Positions 20,030 through 31,184 of a stretch of 64,000 nt of DNA are shown here, one piece after another. The stretch covers positions 256,001 to 320,000 of the forward strand of contig CAVUVW010000013.1 in the NCBI GenBank assembly GCA_963745035.1. Reading direction: 5' to 3'. The translations under genes were made by a program, and so were the position numbers. A model generated the notes under the pieces. It was given only the letters and a program-made list of their open reading frames with translations, was not told the DNA's origin and ran no database searches. This stretch comes from an uncultured delta proteobacterium. Its GTDB lineage: Bacteria > Desulfobacterota > Binatia > UBA9968. Within the stretch, counting starts at the first letter, position 1, and every line of letters begins with the position of its first letter.

Positions 20030-21037
20030 TTAACTAAACCGATAAAAAGCTTTCGCGTTGTCGGCGAGGATTTTCTGCTTGGTCCTATCCGAGATATCTT
20101 TGCGGCGCACGACCTGGCTCACGCTGTGCGGCCATTCCATGTCCCAATGCGGGTAGTCGGACGCGTACATCATGCATTCGTCACCGAACTGTTCGATCAC
20201 GAGCGGCAGTGCGGATTCTTCGCCTTCGCAAGTGAAGTAACAGCGATGATCTTTAATGTACTCGCTGGGGAGCATTTTGAGCGGCTCCATTTCGGACTTG
20301 CGGATGAGATACTTCTCGTCGAAGCGCTCCATCCAGTAGGGCAAAAACCCGACGCCGGCTTCGAGAAAGCCGACTTTGAGCTTGGGAAAGCGGTCGAGCA
20401 CTCCATTGGAGATGATCGAAACCACCGAGAGCATCTGCTCGAACGGATGGGACGTCATGTGCACGCCGATATATTTGTGAAAGCGCGTGTTGCCGACGGC
20501 CACTTGGGCCGTGGCATGAAACCCGATCGGCACGCCGAGTTCCTGGGCTTCGGCGTAGATCGGATCGAACTGCGGCTGGCCGAGGTCCAAGCCCTGCTGC
20601 ACGTAGGTCGGCATCATGACGCCGACGGCGCCCTTTTTCGTGACTGCCCGGCGTACTTCCTTGGCTGCTTCGGCGATTACTTGCGGCGCGATCACCGCCG
20701 CGTATTTGACTCGGCCGCCGCTCTCCTTGCAAAAATCGCAAGCCCAATCGTTGTAAGCTTTGGCCAGCTCGACGGCGAGATCGAGTTCGCGCACCAAGCC
20801 GATCGACAATGCATTGCTCGGATACGCTACCGCGTCGCCGATCTTTTCAACGTCGAGATCTTTGCAGTACTCAGCGGGATTGGCCGGCTTCCGGCCGGTG
20901 GTGTCGTTTAAAAAAATATCCCAGCCGAAGGACGGAAAGTAGGGGCCGCTGCGAGCGCGAAATTTCTCGGGCAAATATTTTTTATACGCCCCGCCATCGA
21001 GATGATGGGCGTCGGCGTCGATAATCGTAAATTCCAC
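20030..21037 (-). CDS. Amidohydrolase_2 family (decarboxylase/hydratase-like)
   Basis: IIDADAH, AYNDW, FH, FLEAG, ASDYPHWD. Confidence 0.88.
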   Translation of the reverse strand: MEFTIIDADAHHLDGGAYKKYLPEKFRARSGPYFPSFGWDIFLNDTTGRKPANPAEYCKDLDVEKIGDAVAYPSNALSIGLVRELDLAVELAKAYNDWACDFCKESGGRVKYAAVIAPQVIAEAAKEVRRAVTKKGAVGVMMPTYVQQGLDLGQPQFDPIYAEAQELGVPIGFHATAQVAVGNTRFHKYIGVHMTSHPFEQMLSVVSIISNGVLDRFPKLKVGFLEAGVGFLPYWMERFDEKYLIRKSEMEPLKMLPSEYIKDHRCYFTCEGEESALPLVIEQFGDECMMYASDYPHWDMEWPHSVSQVVRRKDISDRTKQKILADNAKAFYRFS

Positions 21038-21066
21038 GATAGGCCTCCAACGAAAATTAAAACCAA

Positions 21067-21114
21067 GCCTCAGGCTTCGAGTTCATCCGAGACTCAGAAC
21101 CCAAAACGCGAGAC
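21067..21114. repeat. Degenerate heptamer array (unit ~CCGAGAC)
   Basis: CCGAGAC TCAGAAC CCAAAAC GCGAGAC with a weak complementary left arm. Confidence 0.4.
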
Positions 21115-21117
21115 GGA

Positions 21118-22812
21118 TCAGTCCTGCAAGCCGTGGCGTTGAGCGAGCTTGAGAAAGATCGAGCCGACGATGATCGTGCCGATGGCGATGACGAGACTGA
21201 AAGCCGCTAGTTCCCCAACATGGCCGTTGTCCCAGAGCTCCCAGATCGTCACTGCAACCACTTGAGAACCGGGAGAGTAGAGCAGCAGGGCGATGGAAAG
21301 CTCGCGAAACGTGATGAGGAAAATATAGATCCACCCGGCCAGGAGTGCCGGCATGATCAGCGGCACGACGACGTGGCGGACCATTTGAAACCAGCTCGCG
21401 CCGCTTGCCATGGCGCCCTCTTCGAGCTCTTTGTGGAGGCTCAAGAGCGCCGAGTGGCTGAAACGAATTCCATAGGGCACGTAGCGCGCGATGAACGCCA
21501 GCACCAAGATCCAGATCGTGCCGTAAACCGGAATCGGCAGCATCAGGTACATTTTCAGAATGGCGATGCCCATGACGATGCCGGGGAAGACGAGCGGCAA
21601 CATCGCCATCTGATCCAGGATCCAGCGCGCCTTGATCGACGCGCGCACGATCAGCCATGCGGCAAAGAACGTTATGACAACGGCGATGGTCGCCGAGGTC
21701 ACGCTGACCGTGAGGCTATTCATGATCGACCGGATGATACCGCTGTCGTTGAAGGCCGTGATGTAATTGTTAAAGGTAAGCATCTCCAGTGCTTTACGCG
21801 ACGGCACTTGGGCGAACGGAAGGAATGACGACCAGGCGATTGCCGCGATCGGAAAGAGCTGCAGCAACGGCAAAACCAGCATAAGCAAACCGCCGAGCCA
21901 GCGCCATTTGCCGAGTGCGACTCGGTGCGGCCGATAGTTTTTGCCGCTGATAGTCGTGAATTTATAGGTCTTGCTGGTGATGCGGTAGTACGGAATGAGA
22001 CCGAGAGCGACCATCACGATGAGGATGATCGAATAGGCGCTGGCTTCGCCGTATTTGGGAATAAGGCCGCCCTTGATCTGCAAATAGATCTTCGTGGTCA
22101 GCACTTCGACGCCGGCGGGAATGCCGATCAACGCCGGAATCTCGAACGCTTCGAGTGAGCGAATAAATGTCAGAATCAAAACCGCCAGCACGCTCGGCAG
22201 GGCGAGCGGAAAAGTCACTCGCCGAAAGACCTGCCAGCCACTGCTGCCCGCTGTCGTGGCAGCCTCTTCCAGCGATGGGTCCATGGAGCGAAAGGGCGTC
22301 GACATGAGCAGAAAGACAATCGGAATCCAAAGGAAGCTTTCGACGAGGACCATGCCGCCGAGCGTGAAGATATTAAAAAATGGCGCGCCGATGAGCGCGG
22401 TTCCGACGGCATTGAGAATTCCGGCTTTGGGACCGAGCAGCATGATCCAGCCGACGACCTTAATGATCCCGGGAATCGCGAACGACACATAGGCCGAAAC
22501 ATAGGCGAGCTTGCGGAACGGCGCATCGCTTCGCTCGGCAAGCCAGGCGAGCGTCGTGCCGTAGGCAATCGCAACGGCCGAACTGCCGATCGAGAAAACC
22601 ATCGAATTCCATAGCAGCGTTTTAACGTCGCCGAATGAATCGATGATGTTCGCGAAGTGCTGAATCGTAAAACTGCCAGCCTGCAGACCGCGATCGGTGA
22701 CCAAGCTTGTGTGCAGGATGAAGAAAAACGGCGGCAGAACGAGATAGGCGAGCGCGACGGTGGTGAAGAGAAACAACATCTGGGCTGGATTGCGCATCAT
22801 CATAGCGTACAT
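21118..22812 (-). CDS. FbpB-like ABC transporter permease (two BPD_transp domains)
   Basis: Two EAA-type motifs (LEEAATTAG, LEEGAMASGA); many TM helices. Confidence 0.88.
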   Translation of the reverse strand: MYAMMMRNPAQMLFLFTTVALAYLVLPPFFFILHTSLVTDRGLQAGSFTIQHFANIIDSFGDVKTLLWNSMVFSIGSSAVAIAYGTTLAWLAERSDAPFRKLAYVSAYVSFAIPGIIKVVGWIMLLGPKAGILNAVGTALIGAPFFNIFTLGGMVLVESFLWIPIVFLLMSTPFRSMDPSLEEAATTAGSSGWQVFRRVTFPLALPSVLAVLILTFIRSLEAFEIPALIGIPAGVEVLTTKIYLQIKGGLIPKYGEASAYSIILIVMVALGLIPYYRITSKTYKFTTISGKNYRPHRVALGKWRWLGGLLMLVLPLLQLFPIAAIAWSSFLPFAQVPSRKALEMLTFNNYITAFNDSGIIRSIMNSLTVSVTSATIAVVITFFAAWLIVRASIKARWILDQMAMLPLVFPGIVMGIAILKMYLMLPIPVYGTIWILVLAFIARYVPYGIRFSHSALLSLHKELEEGAMASGASWFQMVRHVVVPLIMPALLAGWIYIFLITFRELSIALLLYSPGSQVVAVTIWELWDNGHVGELAAFSLVIAIGTIIVGSIFLKLAQRHGLQD

Positions 22813-23198
22813 AAGATTTCTCCCGCGCTCCTACCGGACTGTCGTCAAGCCGAACTAACGCCAGCTATATATCAAAATGCACGGGCAAGACAATTGGCAT
22901 TCCGCGGGGCATGACAGCCTGGACCGGGTTGAGGGAGGGCGTACGCTGGCACGCTCCGCAGCGTGGGAATGAGTCGTAGAACTCGATCCCGGTCACCGAA
23001 TGCGCCTTGTTTAAACTGACAAAGCGATCCGAAGCGGTGTATAAACATTGACTGAGCGAATTAGCGAAACGGAGTATCCTAAGAGCCTACTGTGTCGCCA
23101 ATGCTAATCATGGAAGATCCGGCGGGTTGTCTGGAAATGATGCTGATGGCATTCTCGCTGGCAAAGCCGTGTAACATTCTACAATCATCTCCCAACCG

Positions 23199-24434
23199 AT
23201 GAATTCCTCCGACAACGTTTATCGGCGCCACCGTGCTTTCAAACTGCTCTTTGTTCCGCTGCTGATTTTCTCCTTGGTCACCCAGCTCGCGGTTGTCTGG
23301 ACTCAGTTGGACGATATTCGGAACGGCTATTTCGATTTCGTGCTTTACTACAGCGGCGCCAGGATCCTGCACGATGGGAATGGATCACAACTCTACAATT
23401 TAGAAGTCCAACGAGAGTATCAAAAGAAATTTGCCGTCCATAGAGACAGTGCTTTGCCGTTTAATCATCTTCCGTATGAATTGCTGACTCTCGTATGGGT
23501 TGCCAAGTTTCCATTTCCCGTCGCCCACGTCCTCTGGACTGCCATGAACGTCCTCCTGCTTGCGATTCTGTTATTCCGGGTCTTTCCTTTCATCGACTCG
23601 CGACACCGTAGTTTGCTTGCCTTGATGGCGTTCGCGTATTTTCCGACCATGACGGCGCTCAAAATGGGACAGGATTCAATTATTACCACGCTTCTGCTGG
23701 CCGAAATTTTCGTGAGCCTCAAGCACAAACACTATGCTCTCGCCGGTGCAGGATTGGCCCTCGGTCTGTACAAACCGCAATTCTTTTTGCCCTTGGCCGG
23801 GATTTTAGTACTGCATCGCCGCTGGCGTGCAATATTCGGATTTTTATTCATGGGGCTGCTGCTCGGCACAATCTCGCTGGCAATGGTAGGTTGGAACGGT
23901 CTCATGGGGTTACTGTCGTTGTGGCTACCCATGATCAATCGCGGGCACGTTGTCTGGCCGGAGCTCATGATGAATTTGCGTGGATTGGTGTACGTGTCAT
24001 TGGATCTCGTTGGGTTGTCACAAGCAACGAATGTCTTGACGTTAGTGATTTCGCTATTCGTTTATGTGCTAACTTTGCGCTCATGGCCGCGAGACGCGGT
24101 GGAGGAAAGTGAGTCGTTTGACCTGCGCTTTGGCCTCGCAGTAGTGGCGACCGCGCTCATCAGCTTTCATCTGTATTCCTATGACGGCACTATGCTGACC
24201 CTTCCCTTGATGATCATGCTAAACCGAATCGTAAAAAATCCCGGACCATATTTGTTGCGGCATCGCGTGTTCTTGGCAATTCTCATCGCATCATTTTTGC
24301 CGCTAGTGCCGAATGTGCTCCTGAGCGCAGCCGTCCTCGCTTGGTGGGCGCTGCCACTCCCGGTGCTTTTTGGTGTGCTGGCGATTGAGATTTCGCGCGG
24401 TTCCGAATCTACATCACTGCCCATTCGGTCATAA
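23199..24434 (+). CDS. GT87/DUF2029 GT-C membrane glycosyltransferase
   Basis: DFVLYY, PFNHLP, GQDS, LYKPQ, HLYSYD motifs; polytopic. Confidence 0.82.
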   Translation: MNSSDNVYRRHRAFKLLFVPLLIFSLVTQLAVVWTQLDDIRNGYFDFVLYYSGARILHDGNGSQLYNLEVQREYQKKFAVHRDSALPFNHLPYELLTLVWVAKFPFPVAHVLWTAMNVLLLAILLFRVFPFIDSRHRSLLALMAFAYFPTMTALKMGQDSIITTLLLAEIFVSLKHKHYALAGAGLALGLYKPQFFLPLAGILVLHRRWRAIFGFLFMGLLLGTISLAMVGWNGLMGLLSLWLPMINRGHVVWPELMMNLRGLVYVSLDLVGLSQATNVLTLVISLFVYVLTLRSWPRDAVEESESFDLRFGLAVVATALISFHLYSYDGTMLTLPLMIMLNRIVKNPGPYLLRHRVFLAILIASFLPLVPNVLLSAAVLAWWALPLPVLFGVLAIEISRGSESTSLPIRS

Positions 24435-24666
24435 GTTCGCTTATATCGGTTTCCCGGATAAAGAAGACAGCGACCGGGACACATCGGCTCTAGCGTAGAG
24501 CATGTGCGCGGCTTACCTGTTGTGCAAAGTCGTTGTCGAGGCATTGCCCGGGCGGCCATTGTTGCAAGCAATGCTGAACTTTGAAATATCATCTGGACGA
24601 GCTTGCCGGAATCATCCGGGACTGAGCTGTAGCGGACACGCAGAAACTAACTTGCGAGGATGAACA

Positions 24667-26415
24667 ATGGCGCAGGCAACAACGAATCATGGAACGCATT
24701 GGAACTTGGAAACCGATGTCTTGGTGATCGGGTCGGGGGCCGCGGGGCTTCCTGCCGCGATCAAGGCTGTGGAAGGCGGGGCTTCCGTCATCGTCGTGGA
24801 AACCAATTACGATGTCGGCGGGCACGCCATACTCAGCGGCGGCCATATGGCCCTCGGCGGTGGCACGAGCGCGCAGAGAAAATATGGAATAGAAGATGCA
24901 CCGGATACGGTCTTTTCGGATCTCACCGACTGGTCGATTGTCCAGCCGAATGGCTCGCCGGATTATCGCTACAACGACCGCGCGGTCATGCGCGCCTTTG
25001 CCGATCACTGCGCTCCAACTTTTGAATTTCTGCTCGCCAACGGCGTCGAGTTTACCGAGAAAGCGCCGGACAATCATGGCGCTTCGACCACGGGAAATTC
25101 GGCGCCGCGGGAGAATCATGCGTTCTGGACCAAGGGGGCGGGGCTGGAGAGTCCCAACGCCGCCGCCGGAACAGGCGTGATCCGGCCGCTGGAAGCGAGC
25201 GCGCGCGCCAAAGGCGTGCGGTTTTTGCTGAACTACAGAATGACCAGCCTCATTCGCGAAGCGCCGATGGAAAAAGCCGCCGGGCGCGTGGTCGGTATCA
25301 CCGCGCAATACACGCCAAGGATCATGCCCGGCGCAGCCACACCGCTTAAAAGTTTTCGTTCGGACGGAAACATCGAGAACAGTGAGCCGGCGCTTCATCT
25401 ACGGGCGAAAAAGGCCGTCATCATCGCCACCGGGGGAAGCACGAGCAACATTCACTTCCGGCGCATGTTCGATCCGCGCCTCACGCCGGTCATCCAAGTC
25501 GGCGGCGAGCCGTACAGTTATCAGGACGCCAGCGGCGAGCTGGCGGCGATGGCGATCGGCGCGTCCTTGTGGGGCCTGGTCAATCAGACGCTGGAAAACG
25601 GCGCAACCATGCGCACCCAACGGGCGCTCGCGACGAAGTACAATTACACCACGTGGAAGCCGGAAAGCCCGATTTTTCCCCTTGTGCGCGCCGCCGGCTT
25701 CAACGTGAAGGATTGGCAGAACCTGATCCTCGTCAACCAAGTCGGCAAACGTTTCTACGACGAGACCAAGGGCGATGTTCCACACGGCAATCTCGGCCAC
25801 CAAATTACACCGTACACGCCGAATGATTACCGCAACGCGGCGCAAGTAAAATACGACCCGAACAAGTACAACTTCACGCATGCGGCGCTGGCGATGAACG
25901 AATATTCCGAACCGCCTGATTATTGCGCCGGTCCGGTGTGGGCGATCTTCGACGCGGATGCGGTCGCCCGCGAAGGATGGAAGGTCGCGCCTCCATACGT
26001 CGATCCCGACGGTTACTTTTTTTCCGGCAACACCTTGGCGGAGCTCGCCGGCGCGATCAAGAACGAGTATCAGGCAAAACCGATGAAGGGTGAGATCTTA
26101 CAGGCGACCGTGGAGCGCTACAATTCAATGGTAGAGCGTGGCGAGGATATCGACTTCGGCAAGCCGGCGCCCAAATATAAGATTCAAACTCCACCATTCT
26201 ACGCCGCCTGGGGAACACCGGTGGTGCACGACACCCGCGCGGGCGTGCGCATCAACGCGAAGTGCCAGGTGATCGACATGAACGGAGAAGTCATTCCCGG
26301 GCTTTATTGCGCCGGGGAGTCGGCCGGTGGATTCAACCAGCACGGGATGGGCCGCTGCACCACGCAGGGCTTCATCGCCGGCATCCATGCGGCAGCGGAG
26401 CCGCGCCAGGAGTAA
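24667..26415 (+). CDS. FAD-dependent oxidoreductase, flavocytochrome c / 3-ketosteroid dehydrogenase-like
   Basis: DVLVIGSGAAGL, IIATGG, ILVNQVGKRFYDE, IPGLYCAGE. Confidence 0.82.
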   Translation: MAQATTNHGTHWNLETDVLVIGSGAAGLPAAIKAVEGGASVIVVETNYDVGGHAILSGGHMALGGGTSAQRKYGIEDAPDTVFSDLTDWSIVQPNGSPDYRYNDRAVMRAFADHCAPTFEFLLANGVEFTEKAPDNHGASTTGNSAPRENHAFWTKGAGLESPNAAAGTGVIRPLEASARAKGVRFLLNYRMTSLIREAPMEKAAGRVVGITAQYTPRIMPGAATPLKSFRSDGNIENSEPALHLRAKKAVIIATGGSTSNIHFRRMFDPRLTPVIQVGGEPYSYQDASGELAAMAIGASLWGLVNQTLENGATMRTQRALATKYNYTTWKPESPIFPLVRAAGFNVKDWQNLILVNQVGKRFYDETKGDVPHGNLGHQITPYTPNDYRNAAQVKYDPNKYNFTHAALAMNEYSEPPDYCAGPVWAIFDADAVAREGWKVAPPYVDPDGYFFSGNTLAELAGAIKNEYQAKPMKGEILQATVERYNSMVERGEDIDFGKPAPKYKIQTPPFYAAWGTPVVHDTRAGVRINAKCQVIDMNGEVIPGLYCAGESAGGFNQHGMGRCTTQGFIAGIHAAAEPRQE

Positions 26416-26477
26416 TTCCAGCAGCGCGGCGCCTGACGAGAGAAAACATCTGGCTACACTTTCGCTCCAGAGAATTT

Positions 26478-27527
26478 CTAGCCTTTGCGGCTGATTTCTT
26501 TCAGGAGCTTCTCCCACCGTTCGAGTTCTTTTTCGTATTTGTCGGTGGCGATGCCGTGATCGGGGCGCCAGCGCTTGAAACCGAGGTTCTTCGCCGCGCT
26601 GCCATATTCAAACTTTTCCAGAACCGCTTGGCCTTCGGGTCCCAAAAGATAGTCGGCCAAGAGCAGAGCACCGTGCGGATGAGGCGGCTGAACGGCGATG
26701 GCGGCGCCGCCGACATTGGTCGGCACGATATCCATCGGCACCCATTCGACGGGAGCGCCCTTGCCGATGGCGTTCAACGTGTGGTTGCGAAAGATCGCGG
26801 GGGAGGCGAGAACTTCGCCGGACGCGATCAGATCGAGCAGCGCCGGCGGGATGATCGAATGCAACGCGATCTCCTGGGCCTTGAGTTTTTTAACCAGCTC
26901 GACGCCTCGGGTTCGAAGCATCGCGCCGATCACTTTGTAGCTCGGATCGCTGATGGAGACCCCCATCCTCCCTTTAAGCTCCGGATGGAGCAAGCCTTCA
27001 TAGTTCTTGGGCACGGCAGTCTTCGAAAGCAGCTTCTTGTTGTAGGCGAAGCCGATATACGACTCGCGGGCGATGCCCCAGAAGTACAAGCCGCGCTCGC
27101 TTTTCTCCTTGGCGTCTTCGGGATAGGAAGCGAAATGCGGAGAATGGTACGGGCGCAACAGAAAGGCGTCGCGCATGAACATGAGATTCCCTTCGGTGGT
27201 CTCGATCGTGTCGGCGATATGTTTTTTCGCCTTCGATTCCTCGTATAAGCGCGTCGTCATATCCGAGCCGGAGACGCGGTAGGCTTCGATCTTCACGCCG
27301 GGATATTTCGATTCGAAAGACTTGACCATGCCCTTGTATGAATCGCCCGCCAGCGAAGTATACCAAGTGATCTTGCCTTCGTTCTTGGCGCCGGCGTAAA
27401 GAACCTGCTCGCGGTCTTTGCCGTTGTACGTGACCAGCTCGGAAATGGTCATCGGTTTGCGCGCCTGGGAAAATGTTTCCGGCGGGAAAAGTAGACAGAT
27501 CAGCAAAATACAACCAAAAGTTCTCAT
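26478..27527 (-). CDS. ABC substrate-binding protein, Fe3+/thiamine (AfuA-like) family
   Basis: GAKNEGKITWYTS, FESKYPG, YNKK..P..YE.LL.P, PHPHGALL. Confidence 0.85.
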   Translation of the reverse strand: MRTFGCILLICLLFPPETFSQARKPMTISELVTYNGKDREQVLYAGAKNEGKITWYTSLAGDSYKGMVKSFESKYPGVKIEAYRVSGSDMTTRLYEESKAKKHIADTIETTEGNLMFMRDAFLLRPYHSPHFASYPEDAKEKSERGLYFWGIARESYIGFAYNKKLLSKTAVPKNYEGLLHPELKGRMGVSISDPSYKVIGAMLRTRGVELVKKLKAQEIALHSIIPPALLDLIASGEVLASPAIFRNHTLNAIGKGAPVEWVPMDIVPTNVGGAAIAVQPPHPHGALLLADYLLGPEGQAVLEKFEYGSAAKNLGFKRWRPDHGIATDKYEKELERWEKLLKEISRKG

Positions 27528-27938
27528 GCTCGCGGCTCTCCTTGGCGTCGTTGCTCGAATTGAAACGTCTGCGGCGCAGATGACCTGCAGAACAGTCTTC
27601 AGGCGAGAAAAAGGCTCCCAAAAATTTCGGATATCATGCGCTTCGCGTAGCGTCAATCCAGGTGAGGTGAGCTTGAGAATTTCTAAAGCAGCGTCGTCGC
27701 ATGCTAGCCATGAACCGATCTGCTCAACGAATTGCGCCTCCAATGCACGCACTTCCGGAAAAACTTTCCGCGCGTTTCATTAAATATGCCTCCGTTGGCT
27801 CCAATGCCAAAGCCTTTTGAGGTGCTGCGGCTACCAACCCGAACAGGGTGCTTGACGGACAACGTTTCCAGTTGATATCGCTTTTTCCGGATACTGAGGA
27901 GCAGGTGGATACAAACTCTAAAAAAGATCGGAGGTTGT

Positions 27939-28537
27939 ATGAAGTTAGTTTTGCAATCGATGGTTGCAGTGGCGCTTTTGACGGGAGTTTCAAGCGTTGC
28001 TGAGGGACAAAACTTCAGCGCGCGACTCTCGGGGTACAACGAGGTTCATTTTGTTGCCGGTGATCCTAAAGCTGATCCTGTTATTCCGCCCGCACTGCGT
28101 GGTGCGATTTCTACGAAAGCCTCGGGATCATTCAGTGCACAGCTGAGGGCAGGTGACATCGTCGACTACGTTCTCAACTACAGAGACTTAGAGGGGAACG
28201 TTACCCAGGCGCACATCCATTTTGGACAGCCAAGCACGGTCGGAGGTATTGTAGTGTGGCTCTGCCAAACAGCTGCTTCCCCGGCTCCTGCGCTGGTTTC
28301 CTAAATTAACGCCGATATGTCCGGCCGAGGGGTTTGTGACGGGGACTATCACTCGGGATCAGGTGCTCGCTCAAACCGCCCAGGGAATCGATGCTGGTGA
28401 GTTCGACGAACTCGTTCGGCGCTCTGCGCAACGAAGCCGCGTACGTCAACGTTCATTCCTCGCTACACGGCCCCGGCGAGATTCGCGGGCAGATCAAATT
28501 CGATGACAAAAGAGGCGACGATGAGTTTCGATTTTAA
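27939..28537 (+). CDS. Secreted CHRD-domain protein (two frameshifts near 28300 and 28420)
   Basis: LSGYNEV, QAHIHFG; shifted frames give AYVNVHS..GPGEIRGQI ending TAA at 28537. Confidence 0.78.
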
Positions 28538-28628
28538 GTATGTGTCGCCGGGGGAGATAGCTGACTTCGGCAATCACCAGGGACACGGCTGGTAATGGAA
28601 TCTGGCCTACCCCGTTGATCGATAATTA

Positions 28629-28661
28629 AGAGAGCGGGGCACGTGATGAACCCCGCTCTCT
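28629..28661. terminator. Intrinsic terminator between convergent genes
   Basis: AGAGAGCGGGG-11 nt-CCCCGCTCTCT followed by ATTTT. Confidence 0.7.
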
Positions 28662-28686
28662 ATTTTCATGAAAGACTTAGCCCGAT

Positions 28687-29781
28687 CTACTTATTTGCCT
28701 CCTCGATATACTTGCGGAGAAACGTGACCACCTCGGGCGAAGTCTGCGATGCGCGTTGAAACAGCCGCTCGCCGGCTTCGCCGACTTCGAAACGCGGCTG
28801 GAAACGCATGGTGGCGATGGCTTCCTGAAGAAAATCCTGGTCTCGCGACAGGGAGTCGAACGCTTTTCTCAAGATTCCGATTGTTTCCGGCGGCGCCTTC
28901 GGCGGCATCAAGAACATGCGCGTCATGTTGGTGCTCGACATATTCGCCGCTTTGAGCGCTTCGTATTTGATTCCTGAAGGTAGTTTGCCGAACGCTTCCT
29001 TATAGAAATGAGTGAACGGGAGCAGCTCCGGCACATCGCGGCTCACCAAGATTTCTCCGCTCGGCGCGACCAGATCGGTGTAATAGAGCGGCAGCACCAT
29101 GCCGGTCTTCACCATTTGCGGTTCCACTTGGGTCCGGTAGCTCGGCAAAGTTTCATCATGATAGTGCGCTTCGCCGCGCTGCACCGCCAGGCGCGCGTCG
29201 GAGCTGTTGTTGTAGCCGGTGACGTAGTCATACTTCAAACCCAAGAGATCAAAGGACAAGCGGAAGCGGACGTCCTTCGAACTGCTGATACCTAGACCGG
29301 CGGCGCGGAATTTTTGCGCCTTGACAAAGTCCGAGGGTTTCTTGATCCCCGGTGGCACTTCGGTGCGGATGTAAGACACCGTAACGCCGTGCACACCTGT
29401 AATAAATCCGAACTTACCGATATCGACGCGCAGCGCGGGATCTTTGACCTGATGCTGGAATAAGCTTCCGGTAAAATACGCCGCCGTAAAACCGTCCGGC
29501 TTGGCCACCTCGCCGATATAGTTGACCGCTATGAGCCCGCCGCCTCCGCCCATCGCCTGCACCGTAACCGCCGGCTGGCCCGGAATATGCCGGGACAGAT
29601 GCTTGGCGAAAATTCTTGACTCGATGTCGGTGGGGCCGCCGGCTGCGAAGTTGATGATGATATTGATCGTCTTGCCTTGATAGAAGGGAGGTTTTTCCGC
29701 TGTCCATCCTTGTGAGACGAGTACAGCAAAGAGAGAAAATACCGCGATCGAAGCTACTTGTCGGAAATAATTTCGCCTCAT
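28687..29781 (-). CDS. TctC/Bug family substrate-binding protein
   Basis: FYQGKTINIIINFAAGGPTD, KPDG. Confidence 0.85.
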   Translation of the reverse strand: MRRNYFRQVASIAVFSLFAVLVSQGWTAEKPPFYQGKTINIIINFAAGGPTDIESRIFAKHLSRHIPGQPAVTVQAMGGGGGLIAVNYIGEVAKPDGFTAAYFTGSLFQHQVKDPALRVDIGKFGFITGVHGVTVSYIRTEVPPGIKKPSDFVKAQKFRAAGLGISSSKDVRFRLSFDLLGLKYDYVTGYNNSSDARLAVQRGEAHYHDETLPSYRTQVEPQMVKTGMVLPLYYTDLVAPSGEILVSRDVPELLPFTHFYKEAFGKLPSGIKYEALKAANMSSTNMTRMFLMPPKAPPETIGILRKAFDSLSRDQDFLQEAIATMRFQPRFEVGEAGERLFQRASQTSPEVVTFLRKYIEEANK

Positions 29782-29854
29782 TGTTTTCTCCTTCTTGGCT
29801 GCTCGACCTCAGACCACGAATTCACACTCGCCGCCTCAATCCGGTGCATGACGG

Positions 29855-29937
29855 TCGAGGATGGAGGATAGAAGATAGAGGATGGCAATAGCCTGAGGAC
29901 GCGATCCTCCACTCCATCCTCAATCCTCCATCTTCGA
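29855..29937. repeat. Heptamer-array hairpin, unit GAGGATG/CATCCTC
   Basis: GAGGATG GAGGATA GAAGATA GAGGATG ... GATCCTC..CATCCTC AATCCTC CATCTTC. Confidence 0.8.
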
Positions 29938-29942
29938 TGCCT

Positions 29943-31066
29943 CTAGCCCCGCGGATAAAGCGCATCCATCATCAAGCGCTTATGGTGCCCCGGCGTGCCC
30001 AAATACTGATAGAGCGTGTGCGCGAGCACGCTGTGCGCCATCATCGGATGGCTGTAATCCGTTCCCGGTCCGGCCCAAACCATGTGCGCGTAATTGGTGC
30101 CGTGATAATAACCGTCGCTCGCGGTCGCCTTGGCTTCGTGCACGCCGGCGCGGGCATCCATACCGCTATCGATGCGCCAGATCGCTTCGTAAGTCGCCCA
30201 GCGCGCCATATCGAGGTTGATCGAAATATCCACGCAGTGATCCTGCACCCGCTGGAAGCGGCCGATGGGCTGTCCGAAGACGACCCGCGTGCGGGTGTAC
30301 TCGCAGGTGATGTCGAAGACTTCCTGGGTGGCGCCGACTTGATAGGCGGAAAGAATCGGCAGCGACTTGTCCAGTGCGGCTTCCAGAGTCGACCAGCTCG
30401 CGCCGCTCGACCCGAGGAAATCTAGCGGCGAGACCGCGAACATGATCGAAGCGCACTTCGGCGACGGAGACAAAAAATCCGACGTGCGGCGTGATCGTAA
30501 TGCCGGGACTCTTGGCGTTGACGAGGAGAAAGACCACCTTGCCTTCCTCCGTGCGCGCGGCGCAAAGAAAGTTCGTCGCCGCTTCAGCGTCGAAGACGAA
30601 GCGCTTGACGCCGTTCATGAGGTAGCCGCCGTTCGCTTTCGATAGGCGCGTCTCCACCGCTTCGGGCCCCCAGTAGGCGGCTTTGTCGGTGATGGCGGGC
30701 ACGACGATCGCCGAGCCGTCGCAAATCTTTGGCAGCAACATCTTTCTTTGTTCTTCGGTGCAGGCTTCGAAAATCATCTGCGCGCTCAGCACGCCGGAAG
30801 TGAAAAGCGGTCCGGGCACAGGTCCGTGCCCGAGCGCTTCGAACACCACGGCGCAATCCATCGTGGACACGCCCGCGCCGCCGTACTCTTCCGGCAAGCA
30901 TCATGCCAAGCCAGCCGATCTCCGCGGCCTTCTTGATCAGCTCCGGCCGAAAAGTCTGCTTGTTCTTGTACCACTGGGTCATCTGGTGCGCCGGCACTTC
31001 TGCTTTGACGAAGTCTTCCGCCACTTTTTTGAATTCTTCTTGGGTTTCGGTAAGTGCTAAGTCCAT
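29943..31066 (-). CDS. Acyl-CoA dehydrogenase family, probable non-catalytic partner (frameshifts near 30897 and 30440)
   Basis: MDLALTETQ, PEEYGGAG, NGVKRFV, R.VFGQPIG.FQ.VQ. Confidence 0.82.
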
Positions 31067-31086
31067 GTTCAACTCCTTGTGTAAGG

Positions 31087-31184
31087 AGGCAATAGGCATT
31101 AGGCAATAGTTCGGAAACTGTCAGAGTGCGCAAAAGTTTCTTTCCATTTCTTAACTATTGCCTGTTGCCTCGTGCCTATTGCCT
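31087..31184. repeat. Heptamer-array hairpin, unit AGGCAAT/ATTGCCT
   Basis: AGGCAAT AGGCATT AGGCAAT ... ATTGCCT GTTGCCT CGTGCCT ATTGCCT. Confidence 0.8.

Noticed and set aside
22850-23198. Riboswitch, tRNA or sigma54 promoter in long intergenic regions (also 27530-27938, 60120-60338)
   Set aside because: No convincing consensus by eye and the TGGCAC/TGGCAT hits lack the -12 TTGC; an Infernal search would be needed
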